From contig JAGAFD010000005.1 in the NCBI GenBank assembly GCA_017612805.1, positions 10,130 through 74,129 of the forward strand: DNA of 64,000 nucleotides. Reading direction: 5' to 3'. Every line of letters starts with the position of its first letter. Position 1 is the stretch's first letter. This DNA is from Bacilli bacterium. GTDB lineage: Bacteria > Bacillota_I > Bacilli_A > RF39 > UBA660. The position numbers were made by a program, and so were the translations under genes. Below, in pieces: positions 1 through 10,249 of the stretch. A model generated the notes under the pieces. That model was not told where the DNA came from. It worked only from the letters and a program-made list of their open reading frames with translations, and ran no database searches.

Positions 1-1730
1 CCCATTTTACGAATAAATGGATCTCTTGTTGGAACAGCCCCTATTTCATATAAGAAGTTTTGCCAGAAGAAGGCATATAATACATGTCTAGTAATGTGTT
101 CTGTACCACCAGTATAACAATCAACACTACCCCAATATTTTAATTTATCAAAGTCAGCTAAAGCTTGATCATTATGTGGATCGCAATATCTTAACCAATA
201 CCAAGATGAACCAGCCCAGTTAGGCATTGTATCAGATTCTCTTTTAGCAGGTCCACCACATTTAGGACATGTACAATTAATCCAACTATCAATTTTAGAA
301 AGTGGTGATGAACCATTATCATTTGGCATATAATCATTTGTTCTTGGTAATGTTAATGGTAAATCTTCTTCATTAAGTGAAACTGTTCCACATTTTTCAC
401 AAAATACTACTGGGAATGGTTCACCCCAATATCTTTGACGATTAAATGACCAATCTTGCATTTTATAATTTACTTGTTTCTTACCAATACCCATATTAAC
501 AACTTTTTCAGCAATTTTTTTCTTAGCTTCAATTACTGGCATACCATCAAATTCTTCTGAATTCATCATTTTAGGATTAGTTTGTAAATAATCATATTTT
601 TCTAAAGCACATTTACTAACATCACCTTCAATAACTTGAATCATTGGAATATTAAATTTAGTTGCAAATTCATAATCTCTTTGATCATGGGTAGGTACTG
701 CCATAACAATACCAGTTCCATAAGATGCTAAAACAAAATCGGAAAGATAAATTGGTACTTTAACACCATTAATTGGATTAATACCATAAATACCATCTAA
801 CTTACAGCCTGTTTTTTCTTTTTGATCAGAAATACGATCTAATTCACTACGATAAGTAGTAGCTTTTTGATAAGCTCTTACTTCATCAATATTTTTAATT
901 TTAGATGCTAATTTATCAATTAAACTATGTTCTGGTGCCATTACAAAGAAAGTAATTCCATAAACAGTTTCAATACAAGTAGTAAAAATAGATGATTGAT
1001 CTAACTTATTACCATCACTATCAACAATATCAAAACTAAGTTCAATTCCTTCACTACGACCAATCCAGTTACGTTGTAATTCTTTTAAGTTTTCATTCAT
1101 TGTAATGCGATCAACGTTTTCAAGTAATTTTTCAGAGTATTCTTTCATTTTTAAGAACCATACCCATCTTTCTTCTTGAACAACTTTACCATGACAACGA
1201 TCACATTCTCCACCTTGAGAATCTTCATTAGATAAAACTGTTTTACAATTAGGGCAGAAGTTAACTACTCCTTTTTGTTTATAAGCCTTACCTTCATCAA
1301 AGAATTTTTTAAAAATCCATTGTGTCCATTTGTAATAACTTGGATCAGAAGTACAAATAGTACGATCCCAATCAAATGATAAACCTAATTTTCTAGATTG
1401 ATCTAATACTCTTTCCATACCTTCATGAACAAAATCTTCCGGATTAATACCAGTTTTAATTGCTGCATTTTCAGCTGGTAAACCAAATGCATCTCCACCT
1501 ATTGGGAATAATACATTATAACCTTGTAATCTTTTCATACGTGATAGCGCATCAGCTGGAACAGTACCTTTTAAATGTCCCATATGTAAATTACCACTTA
1601 TATTATAAAATTCATATAATACATAATATTTTGGTTTAGTTGGATGAAAGTCTATTGCTGCAAAGCTCTTTTCATTAAACCATTTATCTTGCCATTTCTT
1701 TTCAATTGCTCTAATTTCTTCTATATTCAT
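1..1730 (-). CDS. leuS: leucyl-tRNA synthetase, N-terminal ~575 aa (3' end runs off window)
   Basis: Minus-strand translation from ATG at 1728-1730 reads MNIEEIRAIEKKWQDKWFNEKSF...GNLHMGHLKGTVPAD..., with a class I HIGH-type motif and LeuS-like N-terminus. The open frame continues to position 1. It is not in the ORF track because it is truncated at the window edge. Confidence 0.85.
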   Translation of the reverse strand, partial: MNIEEIRAIEKKWQDKWFNEKSFAAIDFHPTKPKYYVLYEFYNISGNLHMGHLKGTVPADALSRMKRLQGYNVLFPIGGDAFGLPAENAAIKTGINPEDFVHEGMERVLDQSRKLGLSFDWDRTICTSDPSYYKWTQWIFKKFFDEGKAYKQKGVVNFCPNCKTVLSNEDSQGGECDRCHGKVVQEERWVWFLKMKEYSEKLLENVDRITMNENLKELQRNWIGRSEGIELSFDIVDSDGNKLDQSSIFTTCIETVYGITFFVMAPEHSLIDKLASKIKNIDEVRAYQKATTYRSELDRISDQKEKTGCKLDGIYGINPINGVKVPIYLSDFVLASYGTGIVMAVPTHDQRDYEFATKFNIPMIQVIEGDVSKCALEKYDYLQTNPKMMNSEEFDGMPVIEAKKKIAEKVVNMGIGKKQVNYKMQDWSFNRQRYWGEPFPVVFCEKCGTVSLNEEDLPLTLPRTNDYMPNDNGSSPLSKIDSWINCTCPKCGGPAKRESDTMPNWAGSSWYWLRYCDPHNDQALADFDKLKYWGSVDCYTGGTEHITRHVLYAFFWQNFLYEIGAVPTRDPFIRKM

Positions 1731-2089
1731 TTTTTCTTGCCCCATTTCTTATTTAAATAACGACCATAGATTTCATAGATCGCATAAATTAATATAATTA
1801 ATAATACAAATCCAATTCCTAATTGAAAAAATAATTTGAGTGGTACTAAATAAATAATCACACTTACAAAAGCAATAATCGCACTATTAATAAGGGATAA
1901 TCGTAATATTAATTTATTAATATCAATCTTTGCTTTATTTAAATTAAACTTATTTACTAAATATTCAACCCCAATAAATTGATAACCCATTTTATTTTTA
2001 ATAAGTTTTCTTTTAATAATCATAAATAAAACAAATGAAATAATAAAAGTTACTATAAAAAAGATTATTGATATAACCATTTCTCTCAT
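1727..2089 (-). CDS. small membrane protein (3 predicted TM helices), function unknown
   Basis: 120-aa ORF with hydrophobic segments. A GGAAAGG RBS sits about 8 nt upstream. Its stop overlaps the leuS ATG (ATGA). It lies between the T-box terminator and leuS. Confidence 0.5.
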   Translation of the reverse strand: MREMVISIIFFIVTFIISFVLFMIIKRKLIKNKMGYQFIGVEYLVNKFNLNKAKIDINKLILRLSLINSAIIAFVSVIIYLVPLKLFFQLGIGFVLLIILIYAIYEIYGRYLNKKWGKKK

Positions 2090-2105
2090 AAGTATTTATC
2101 CTTTC

Positions 2106-2316
2106 CAATAAAAAAACACATCCGATAAGGACGTGTTTAAACGTGGTACCACCTTAATTTCTAGATTGCTCTAGCTTAATCTTGATAATGGAGAATTCTC
2201 CAAACACATCCAAAAGCAAGTTCATAAACATCTTTTATTAGTTTCCACCAACCACTAACTCTCTTTAAAAAGCATTATTTATTACTACTCTTTTTTCATC
2301 GCTTAGAAAGATTATA
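2106..2316 (-). promoter_or_regulatory. T-box riboswitch leader, Leu (CUU) specifier, with intrinsic terminator
   Basis: On the minus strand there is a TATAAT at 2311-2316. Stem I begins GCGAUGAaaaaAGAGUAGUA (GA/K-turn motif), followed by AGAGAG and a specifier loop GAA-CUU-G (codon at 2218-2220). The T-box sequence AAAUUAAGGUGGUACCACG at 2141-2161 matches the consensus AAUUAGGGUGGNACCGCG at 17 of 19 positions. A terminator hairpin AAACACGUCC-UUAUC-GGAUGUGUUU lies at 2114-2138 followed by U7. Confidence 0.75.
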
Positions 2317-4713
2317 TTATAAATTTTCAACATATTCAAGTAATTTTATAAACATTTTAATAAATACCGGATCTAAGCCTTCACTACGTAATTTACGGAT
2401 CTTAATACGTTTTTTACGCATATCTTCATCATTAAAGATAATATGGGAAATTGTTTCTTTTAAATCCGTTTTAATTTTTAAATCCGAAATGATTAAATCG
2501 ATTTCTTCATTAATTAAACGTACCGCATCTATTTCAATATCAGTACCCTTACAATTAATTGTTAATTGTGATGCTGTTGGTACATCCTTAACGGTTACTA
2601 CGAAGTCATTTTCTTCTTCTTTCGTTTCAACTGCTATTGCTTGATTACCAATCATTGCTGAAACTGAATCTGCTTCACGAACATTTCTAAAACGAACAAT
2701 ATAATCACGTTTTTCTGGAATAATACCATTCTTACCTTCAATTGGTCGAATTGTAACGGTATAGTTATTTGGCATGTAATTATAATCAATTGAAGTAATT
2801 GTGTAATAGCCTTGTTCAAATAGTGATGAAACACCATCATCTTCATATAAATTATAGGTATTATTTTCTCCTGGGAAAATATGTAATTCTAATGTTTTAG
2901 GAACACTTGTATCATTTAAGTTTTCACCTAATACAGCAAGTGGAATAATACTACCACTTTTTACAAACACCGGATAATCTTCACTATTATAGAAAGTTAC
3001 ATAACGTTTATCACCTGGAAATTTTTTACCGGTTTTAAAATCGTACCATAAACCAGCTGGAAGATATATTCTTTCAACACTACGATTCATAATCGTATCC
3101 ATTGGTTTAGTAATTGGACTAATAAGCATTTCATTACCAAAGTAATATTCATTACGGTAAGCAACTTCATCATATATTTCTGGATGTACATAATAAATTG
3201 GTTGACATAATGCAAGTCCATAGAAATAATATCGATAAGCTTCACTATAAATATATGGGATTAAACGATGTCTTAAATTTAAATAATTTCTAGTAATTTC
3301 TAATGTATTAGAATCCCAACGCCAAGGTTCGCGTTTATAATAGTGACCTTTTTTCGTACTAAATCTTAAGATTGGTGAGAAGCATCCTAATTGACAATAT
3401 CTTAGATATAAATCATTATCTTCTAATCCACCTTCATAACCACCAATATCATGACTCCACCATGAAAGTCCAATATTAGAAGCGGTAGCATTAAAGTATG
3501 GTAAATCTTTTAATACTTTCCAACTAACCGTCGTTCTACCACTATAATGTACAGGATATAAATGTCCAGCAATACAAGAATTATTAGCTAGAATTAAACC
3601 TCTTTTACTTTCATAATATTTGTAATAATTAAAATGATAATAATTTAAGGTACGATTCATTAATTCATCTTTTAATTCATAATCTAACCAAAAGAAATCC
3701 GTACCTAAATCATGTAATGGTTTAATCATGTATTTAAAATATGCATCAATAAACGTTTTATCTAAAGCATTAAATGGAATAACTTGATTAGTTGTATCAT
3801 TTACTGCTTCTTTAAATTGTTGATAATTCGTTTCATGAGGCATTATTCCTTCAGTAGGATTAATATTTAAACCAACATGAATACCACGTTCATGCATATA
3901 ATCCATCATTTCTTTAGGATTAGGAAACAATTTTTGATTAAATAAATAACCTGTTTTTAAAATATTGGGATTATTACGATTTCTAATATGCCAATCATTA
4001 CCTAACAATAATACTGAAAGTGGAATACGATGTTTATTAAATAATTTTAATAACTCTTTCGTATCATAAAAACTATATGGCATATCACGGTTCCACCAAA
4101 CCCCTAAAGCATATCTTGGAATTAATGGTGGACGACCAGTAACCATGAAATAATCTCTTAAAGCTAAACCAAAGTCACGACGATACATAAAAACATAAGT
4201 ATCAATTCGTTTACCACTAGCCGGAATAAAATATCCATCTGGATCTAGTAATAACGAAGTACTATCATCAAGGGTTGCAAAACCATCGGTTGAATATAAA
4301 CCTTTTCTTAACTTCTTATCTAACATACGGCTACTACCTAAAAAATTTCTCGCTTCAGGATGACCAAAATAATAAACTTTTTCCGTATTAGTTAAAATAA
4401 TTTTTAAATTAGTATCCGGAGCAATTCTAGGTCCACTAAAAGTTGTTCCTTTATGATATTGTAATTGAAAATAACGGGTAGTAATAACTAAATAATTTTC
4501 ATCTTCCGTTACTTGAAATTCTGGTCTTGGTAAATTACGATGATGAATTAACTCGGTTGCACTATCAACAAAAGTACCATCTTCGCTATATTCTAGGCGA
4601 ACTAAGCGCTCAGTTAAAACGGTAATACGATAATTAGCGCCACGGAAAGTGCATTCTCTATTAGCAATTAAATCATTTTGATTAGTTTTAAGATTATTAA
4701 AAAATGCTTCCAC
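2317..4713 (-). CDS. glycoside hydrolase family 31 (alpha-glucosidase/alpha-xylosidase-like)
   Basis: 798 aa. The GH31-like catalytic region reads ...LLLGNDWHIRN...GIHVGLNINPTEG...WSHDIGGYEGG... Confidence 0.75.
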   Translation of the reverse strand: MEAFFNNLKTNQNDLIANRECTFRGANYRITVLTERLVRLEYSEDGTFVDSATELIHHRNLPRPEFQVTEDENYLVITTRYFQLQYHKGTTFSGPRIAPDTNLKIILTNTEKVYYFGHPEARNFLGSSRMLDKKLRKGLYSTDGFATLDDSTSLLLDPDGYFIPASGKRIDTYVFMYRRDFGLALRDYFMVTGRPPLIPRYALGVWWNRDMPYSFYDTKELLKLFNKHRIPLSVLLLGNDWHIRNRNNPNILKTGYLFNQKLFPNPKEMMDYMHERGIHVGLNINPTEGIMPHETNYQQFKEAVNDTTNQVIPFNALDKTFIDAYFKYMIKPLHDLGTDFFWLDYELKDELMNRTLNYYHFNYYKYYESKRGLILANNSCIAGHLYPVHYSGRTTVSWKVLKDLPYFNATASNIGLSWWSHDIGGYEGGLEDNDLYLRYCQLGCFSPILRFSTKKGHYYKREPWRWDSNTLEITRNYLNLRHRLIPYIYSEAYRYYFYGLALCQPIYYVHPEIYDEVAYRNEYYFGNEMLISPITKPMDTIMNRSVERIYLPAGLWYDFKTGKKFPGDKRYVTFYNSEDYPVFVKSGSIIPLAVLGENLNDTSVPKTLELHIFPGENNTYNLYEDDGVSSLFEQGYYTITSIDYNYMPNNYTVTIRPIEGKNGIIPEKRDYIVRFRNVREADSVSAMIGNQAIAVETKEEENDFVVTVKDVPTASQLTINCKGTDIEIDAVRLINEEIDLIISDLKIKTDLKETISHIIFNDEDMRKKRIKIRKLRSEGLDPVFIKMFIKLLEYVENL

Positions 4714-4774
4714 TTAATTCACCCTTTTCTATTCTCTTTATATCATAACACAATTTTATTTTTTTAAAAAGATA

Positions 4775-6625
4775 TTATTGATCTAAAATAATACGTGCTC
4801 CACGAGTTAATCCTGCTTGTTGACTATCATAAACATTAATTCTAAATAAACCAGAAATATAACGACTTGAAGAAAAATCGCCACCATACATTAATGGATG
4901 ATTACCTGTCCAAGTAATGGAATGATCACCAATATAAGTTGATTCAGTACCACCAAATTCAGAAGCTACCATTATTTTTGAATAATTACTATCAAATGAT
5001 AATGTTTTAATATATTCGTGTAATCCACCATTATTACCTACATAAACATTAGTTGCTTCATAACAACCATCAGTTTTATTATCAACATAATCACGTGGAC
5101 TATAACAAATATAAGCTTGATAATTTTTAAAATTAATGCCATCAACATAAGTCCAAACATTACCGTAAAGGTTTTCAATACCACGATAAATATTAGGTTG
5201 GGCAATACCAATAACACTATCAGAATAATAACCAGACTTCATTCCGTATTGATCGGTTAATCCTGATGGTGGTGCCGAAATACGCATTGCATAAGAAGTA
5301 TCATAATTTAAATTATTATAATCCAGTGTAATTTTTTTTCCAGTGATATTACCATTACTATAATCTTCAATAGCTACTACTTTAAGATTATATAGTTCAC
5401 GGGTTTTATCAGAAGTTGTAGAAATAATATTAACATAATAACCTGGTTTAGTATGCCATGAATTAGCAACAATTACATAGTTTGAATTAACCGCAGCTTC
5501 TAAAAGTTTACGATTACCATTAGATAATTCCACGATTCCATAACCTAAAACACTTTGGGCATTATAGTTAGCATATTCCACTAAAAATAACATATAAATA
5601 TTAAATAGGCGATGATCAAATTGGGTAAATTTAGGCCCTAAAGCATAAGCTTGCGTTCTAAACCAACCTGGTTGACGATTAATCTCAATAGATGAACCAC
5701 TTTGACTAGTTAACTTTGTACCATCAAAACCAACATGATAACGTGATACTGAAAATGCCTCACTCTTAGTAAATCCTTCAACAGGATCACGACTAATTTC
5801 AATATATTCATAATCACCTTCACGATAACGATGATAATAAAACTCCGGAATATAAGTCATTACTAAACCATTAGAACCATCAAATTTAAAATTATCATCA
5901 CCAATAATACCAGCTTCTCTACCCGTAGTTAAATCATAATTATAACTATAAATATCACTCCATGGATAAATATAATCAAAAGCATTAGCAGAAACATTAT
6001 TTCCAACTATTGGATTAGCTACTAAAGCCGTACTATCTTTAATACGTTCCCAAGTAGTAGTTGATGCCGTAACATCTTTTTTAATACCATATATTTTTGA
6101 ATTATAAATATCCGATACTTGAATTGTACCAGTAATTGTTTTAGCTTCATCAACTGTTTGATCTAAATAAGAATTATTATAAGTAATGGTCATTGTATAA
6201 TCTTGCGTAGTATCAGGTTCAATCACAATATCTTTTAAAAGTAAGGCATCACTAGTTGGATAAATGGCATTAGTAACGCTACCCCCATTATTCGTTGAAG
6301 TAATAGTATAAGTTAAATCCGGATATCTGGTTAATTCATTATAAACATCCGTTAAAAAGATTTGATAAGTAATATTACCAGTACCAGTATTAGTAACACT
6401 AAACTTCTTAATTACTTGTTGGCCAGGTAATACTTCATTTATAACAATTGAATTAGTTTCCGAATAATTTAAATTTAAATATGGTGATTTAACAGTGGTT
6501 TGTGGTAAATCCGTAGCTAGAAAAATACTTGATCCATAATAAGCATATGAAAAACCAGCAATTGCTACAATTACTGCGATAACAATTATAATAATTAACC
6601 ATTTCTTATAATTCTTATTCTTCAT
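4775..6625 (-). CDS. N-terminally membrane-anchored extracellular protein, function unknown
   Basis: 616 aa. The N-terminus is MKNKNYKKWLIIIIVIAVIVAIAGFSY (signal/anchor). The rest is rich in T, S, N, Y and G. I recognise no catalytic motif. Confidence 0.55.
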   Translation of the reverse strand: MKNKNYKKWLIIIIVIAVIVAIAGFSYAYYGSSIFLATDLPQTTVKSPYLNLNYSETNSIVINEVLPGQQVIKKFSVTNTGTGNITYQIFLTDVYNELTRYPDLTYTITSTNNGGSVTNAIYPTSDALLLKDIVIEPDTTQDYTMTITYNNSYLDQTVDEAKTITGTIQVSDIYNSKIYGIKKDVTASTTTWERIKDSTALVANPIVGNNVSANAFDYIYPWSDIYSYNYDLTTGREAGIIGDDNFKFDGSNGLVMTYIPEFYYHRYREGDYEYIEISRDPVEGFTKSEAFSVSRYHVGFDGTKLTSQSGSSIEINRQPGWFRTQAYALGPKFTQFDHRLFNIYMLFLVEYANYNAQSVLGYGIVELSNGNRKLLEAAVNSNYVIVANSWHTKPGYYVNIISTTSDKTRELYNLKVVAIEDYSNGNITGKKITLDYNNLNYDTSYAMRISAPPSGLTDQYGMKSGYYSDSVIGIAQPNIYRGIENLYGNVWTYVDGINFKNYQAYICYSPRDYVDNKTDGCYEATNVYVGNNGGLHEYIKTLSFDSNYSKIMVASEFGGTESTYIGDHSITWTGNHPLMYGGDFSSSRYISGLFRINVYDSQQAGLTRGARIILDQ

Positions 6626-6702
6626 AGTATCATCAATTTTTATTATATAATAATTATCTATTTATCACAACATTTATATGGTAAAATAAAGCTGGTGATA
6701 CC

Positions 6703-7611
6703 ATGTTTAAGTATTCATTAGATAACAAAAGATATCATACTTTAAACTATTATTATAAAAATAAATACCATCAAAAAATTGTTAAAATCCCGGTTGATTT
6801 GGGGACATCTTGCCCTAATAAAATTAATGGTGGTTGTATCTTCTGTGATGGTGATTTTGCATGTCCTAAATCAACTGCTTCAATTAAAGAGCAATTTTTA
6901 AAAAATAAGACCGTTATTGATCATAAATGGCCTAATAGTGGCTATGTTATTTATTTTCAAAATGGTACTAATACCTATGGTGATTTTAAGAAATTAACCG
7001 CTAAAATAAATGAAGCACTTACTATCCCTAACGTTTTTGGTATTACAATTGCTACACGTCCCGATTGTATCAATAATAATTGGATAACCTATTTTAAAGA
7101 ATTAAATCAAAAAACGGATTTGATTATTGAACTTGGTTTGCAAAGTATGCATAATGAGACTTTAAAACTAATTAATCGTGGTCATTCTAGAGAAGATTTT
7201 GATAAATGTGTTAAATTATTAAAGAAACATCATATTAAAGTAGTGGCTCATATCATTAATGGTCTTCCTTATGAAACCAAAGAAATGATGATTGATACGG
7301 CTAAATACTTAAACGATTTAGGTATTGATGGTATTAAGATTCATATGTTATATGTTAATAAAAATACCCTTTTAGCTACCTGGTTAAAAGAGGATAAATT
7401 TAAGTTATTAACTAAAGAAGCATATATCGATATTGTTGCTAATCAACTAACCTATCTCGATCCCAAAATTGTTATTCACCGTATTACTGGCGATCCTGAT
7501 TTAAAAGCCTTAATAGCTCCTACTTTCTTAATTAAAAAAGTATCACTAACTAATGATATTGATAAATATATGAAAGAACATGATTTATATCAAGGTTGCA
7601 ATTTAAAATAA
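6703..7611 (+). CDS. radical SAM protein, TIGR01212/YtqA-like family
   Basis: Carries a CxxxCxxC-type cluster, CPNKINGGCIFCDG, and YtqA-like overall similarity. Confidence 0.7.
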   Translation: MFKYSLDNKRYHTLNYYYKNKYHQKIVKIPVDLGTSCPNKINGGCIFCDGDFACPKSTASIKEQFLKNKTVIDHKWPNSGYVIYFQNGTNTYGDFKKLTAKINEALTIPNVFGITIATRPDCINNNWITYFKELNQKTDLIIELGLQSMHNETLKLINRGHSREDFDKCVKLLKKHHIKVVAHIINGLPYETKEMMIDTAKYLNDLGIDGIKIHMLYVNKNTLLATWLKEDKFKLLTKEAYIDIVANQLTYLDPKIVIHRITGDPDLKALIAPTFLIKKVSLTNDIDKYMKEHDLYQGCNLK

Positions 7612-7642
7612 AAAAAATTACTACATCAGTAGTAATTTTTTA
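7611..7642. terminator. bidirectional intrinsic terminator between convergent genes
   Basis: A7-ATTACTAC-ATCA-GTAGTAAT-T5. The hairpin is flanked by an A-run and a T-run. Confidence 0.7.
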
Positions 7643-8080
7643 ATCCACTATTTTACGAAGTAATACTTTATATGGTTTAAACCCATATTTTTGATATAAC
7701 ATACAAGCATTATCATTGTCATAAAAACATTTAACATCAACAAACTTAATTGGATGTGTTAAAACTATTTTTAAACCTTCTTCAATCAAATTACTTGCTA
7801 AACCTTGATGACGATATTCATCTAATACATATATACAATCTAATAAATAACCATATACTTCATTATTAACAATTGCTTTAAAATAAGCAAAACCCACTAC
7901 TTTATCATCAACCATTGCTGCCATTAAAATATTACTTTCACTTTCAATACAATTTGCAAAATAATTTTCTACAATCAATGGTTTTGATAATGAATCAAAT
8001 TTTTGTTCAAAAGCAATTAGTTTAGATAATAACTTATCGCACTCACTGGCAATATTTGGTTCTAATACTCTTTTAATCAT
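7640..8080 (-). CDS. GNAT family N-acetyltransferase
   Basis: 146 aa with an acetyl-CoA binding motif, YRHQGLASNLIEEGL. Confidence 0.6.
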   Translation of the reverse strand: MIKRVLEPNIASECDKLLSKLIAFEQKFDSLSKPLIVENYFANCIESESNILMAAMVDDKVVGFAYFKAIVNNEVYGYLLDCIYVLDEYRHQGLASNLIEEGLKIVLTHPIKFVDVKCFYDNDNACMLYQKYGFKPYKVLLRKIVD

Positions 8081-8804
8081 TAATTAATAAACCTTCTAAA
8101 GCTAATATGATCATATCATTTAATGAATTTTGACGTTGTTCTGGGGTTAATACAACATCACTATATTTAGAGTCAACTGCTGTTGCCATAACTGCAGCAT
8201 TACCACCAAGTTTTTGGGCAACTGTAAGTAAACCAAAGGCTTCCATTTCTTCACCTAATAAATTTAAATTAGCAGGTGCTTTAGCAATTAAGTATTCTGC
8301 ATCAATATATGGCCCAAAAACGTCCATAGTCATAATTCCACCAAAATGTAACTTAACATTTAATTTTTCATTAGCTAGTTTAATAGCATTCGTTAATTTT
8401 TCACTTGGATATACTAAATTAGCATTACTTTTACAGAATTGATAAGCAAAGTTTGATAACGTAAAAGCTTTATCCGCTAAAATAACTTCTGGAATATCAA
8501 CACTCTTATCAATAACCCCACAAGTTCCAATACGAATAATATTTTTAACATTAAAGAAACGAAATAACTCTGTAGCATAAATACTCATGGAAGGCATTCC
8601 CATGCCACTACCCATAACCGTTATTTTTTTACCTTTATAATATCCGGTATAACCTAACATATTACGAATATTAGTAACTTCTTCATAATTTTCTAAAAAG
8701 TTTTCCGCAATATATTTAGCACGTAAAGGATCCCCTGGCATTATTACACTATCCGCAATATCAGCATCTTTTTTAATATGAATTGGTTCATTAATAACAA
8801 ACAT
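8073..8804 (-). CDS. deoD: purine nucleoside phosphorylase, DeoD-type
   Basis: Strong similarity to DeoD: VIMPGDPLRAKYIAENFLE...VMGSGMGMPSMSIYATEL...EMEAFGL. Confidence 0.85.
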   Translation of the reverse strand: MFVINEPIHIKKDADIADSVIMPGDPLRAKYIAENFLENYEEVTNIRNMLGYTGYYKGKKITVMGSGMGMPSMSIYATELFRFFNVKNIIRIGTCGVIDKSVDIPEVILADKAFTLSNFAYQFCKSNANLVYPSEKLTNAIKLANEKLNVKLHFGGIMTMDVFGPYIDAEYLIAKAPANLNLLGEEMEAFGLLTVAQKLGGNAAVMATAVDSKYSDVVLTPEQRQNSLNDMIILALEGLLIND

Positions 8805-8855
8805 ATAATCACTCCTAGTTTAAATATAACAAAAAAATAAGGAAAACTATACAAA

Positions 8856-9548
8856 TTATAGCTTTCCTAATAATAATTTACGTTTTTTTACATCCGTATT
8901 AATATATTCATTTATAATCAATTTGCTAAAACAATCATTAACAATTCTTGCACGATCAATACTTAATGCATCAAAATTAATCAAGTTAGTATCATCAGTT
9001 ATAATCATACTAGCTTTTAAACTAGTATTATCTGATAAATCAAACTTTTGCTTAAATTGTGGCACATATGTTAAATAATAAACATACTTTAACGAAGCTA
9101 CATCAATAGCTTTATTATCATTATAAAAATCATAATAAGTTTTAGTATAAGCCAATTCTTTACGATCAACTTGTTTTTCTTTACGGGTAATAATTAAAGT
9201 ACCGCAAGGAGATACCCCAGGTATTAAAACCATATCCGAATTTTGATTTTTATATTTACTATTTAAAGCTCTAAATCTTTCATATAATTCATCTAAATGA
9301 TAATTAAGTAAAAAATGACTTCCTTCAGGGAATATTTCACATTCAATTACTTCATCATTATTACAATTACTAAAAAATTTGATAAAGCGTGGAAAATATT
9401 TAAAGTTTTGACCATAATTATAAAATGGATCAACATTATCATATTTATAAACAATACTTATATCATTATGAAAATAAATATGATAATTTAAAGCAAAATG
9501 TTTCTCATTAATACGTACTATCTTATCAAATTGATTATGTTTTGCCAT
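8856..9548 (-). CDS. hypothetical protein (possible acyltransferase-like, FPEG motif)
   Basis: I moved the start to MAKHNQ because a GGGGG RBS lies 8 nt upstream. An FPEGS motif is present but no clean HX4D motif. Confidence 0.45.
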   Translation of the reverse strand: MAKHNQFDKIVRINEKHFALNYHIYFHNDISIVYKYDNVDPFYNYGQNFKYFPRFIKFFSNCNNDEVIECEIFPEGSHFLLNYHLDELYERFRALNSKYKNQNSDMVLIPGVSPCGTLIITRKEKQVDRKELAYTKTYYDFYNDNKAIDVASLKYVYYLTYVPQFKQKFDLSDNTSLKASMIITDDTNLINFDALSIDRARIVNDCFSKLIINEYINTDVKKRKLLLGKL

Positions 9549-9602
9549 ACTATTTTCCCCCAGCAAGATTTATTATAACATAAAAAAAACACTTTTAAAG
9601 TG

Positions 9603-10238
9603 TTATTTTTCATTAACAAAGATATTTAAAATTGAAATTACTAATGAAGCAATAATTACCCCACCAACAATATCGGTAGCCCAATGAACTCCAGATATTG
9701 TTCTGGTTACAATAACTGCTCCCATTAATAAAACTAAACCAATATTCAAAAGTTTAAGTATCTTCTTATTATTTAATACTTTAGGATAAATCATCATCGC
9801 ACTTACCCCAATTGCTAGCGATAAGAAAACATGGGTTGAAGGAAATGATGCTTCCAATGCTCCATTTTCAAGTACAGGGCGATAGTTAATAGCTAATTTT
9901 TCAAATAAACAAAATACCCCTACTACTAAAATATAAAATAATGCTAAAAAATAAATATTTTTATTAACTTTTAAAAAGCTTTTATTTTTAATTAATTCAA
10001 TTAAACCAATTACAATAAATGATAAAACCACTAAACCTAAAAGTACTCCTATATAGGTTGATATCTTATAAAATAATTCATTATATGGTAGTAGTTTATG
10101 AATTGAATCATTTAATGAAGCAAATCCTACTGATGAAGCTTCGGGTCCAATAGCTTGATAATCATAGAATCTAATTAAAACCGTATAAACAACACTTAAT
10201 AAAAGCATTTCAATACTAACAATAATTTTCTTTTTCAT
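9603..10238 (-). CDS. PAP2-family phosphatase (membrane)
   Basis: Carries the PAP2 motifs KX6RP (NYRPVL), PSTH and TRTISGVHWATD (SRX5HX3D-like). Confidence 0.7.
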   Translation of the reverse strand: MKKKIIVSIEMLLLSVVYTVLIRFYDYQAIGPEASSVGFASLNDSIHKLLPYNELFYKISTYIGVLLGLVVLSFIVIGLIELIKNKSFLKVNKNIYFLALFYILVVGVFCLFEKLAINYRPVLENGALEASFPSTHVFLSLAIGVSAMMIYPKVLNNKKILKLLNIGLVLLMGAVIVTRTISGVHWATDIVGGVIIASLVISILNIFVNEK

Positions 10239-10249
10239 TTTAACTCCTT

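Noticed and set aside
2652-2846. 64-aa ORF inside the GH31 gene, and similar small ORFs nested within larger genes. These are at 12325-12507, 13579-13821, 19237-19458, 27219-27467, 37800-38018, 38457-38672, 40547-40735, 42572-42961, 43112-43339, 45322-45507, 46538-46831, 47616-47843 and 48088-48288.
   Set aside because: All are fully or largely contained in well-supported longer ORFs in another frame or strand. They are AT-rich-codon artefacts (Ile/Leu/Phe/Lys-rich), have no RBS and are not credible genes.
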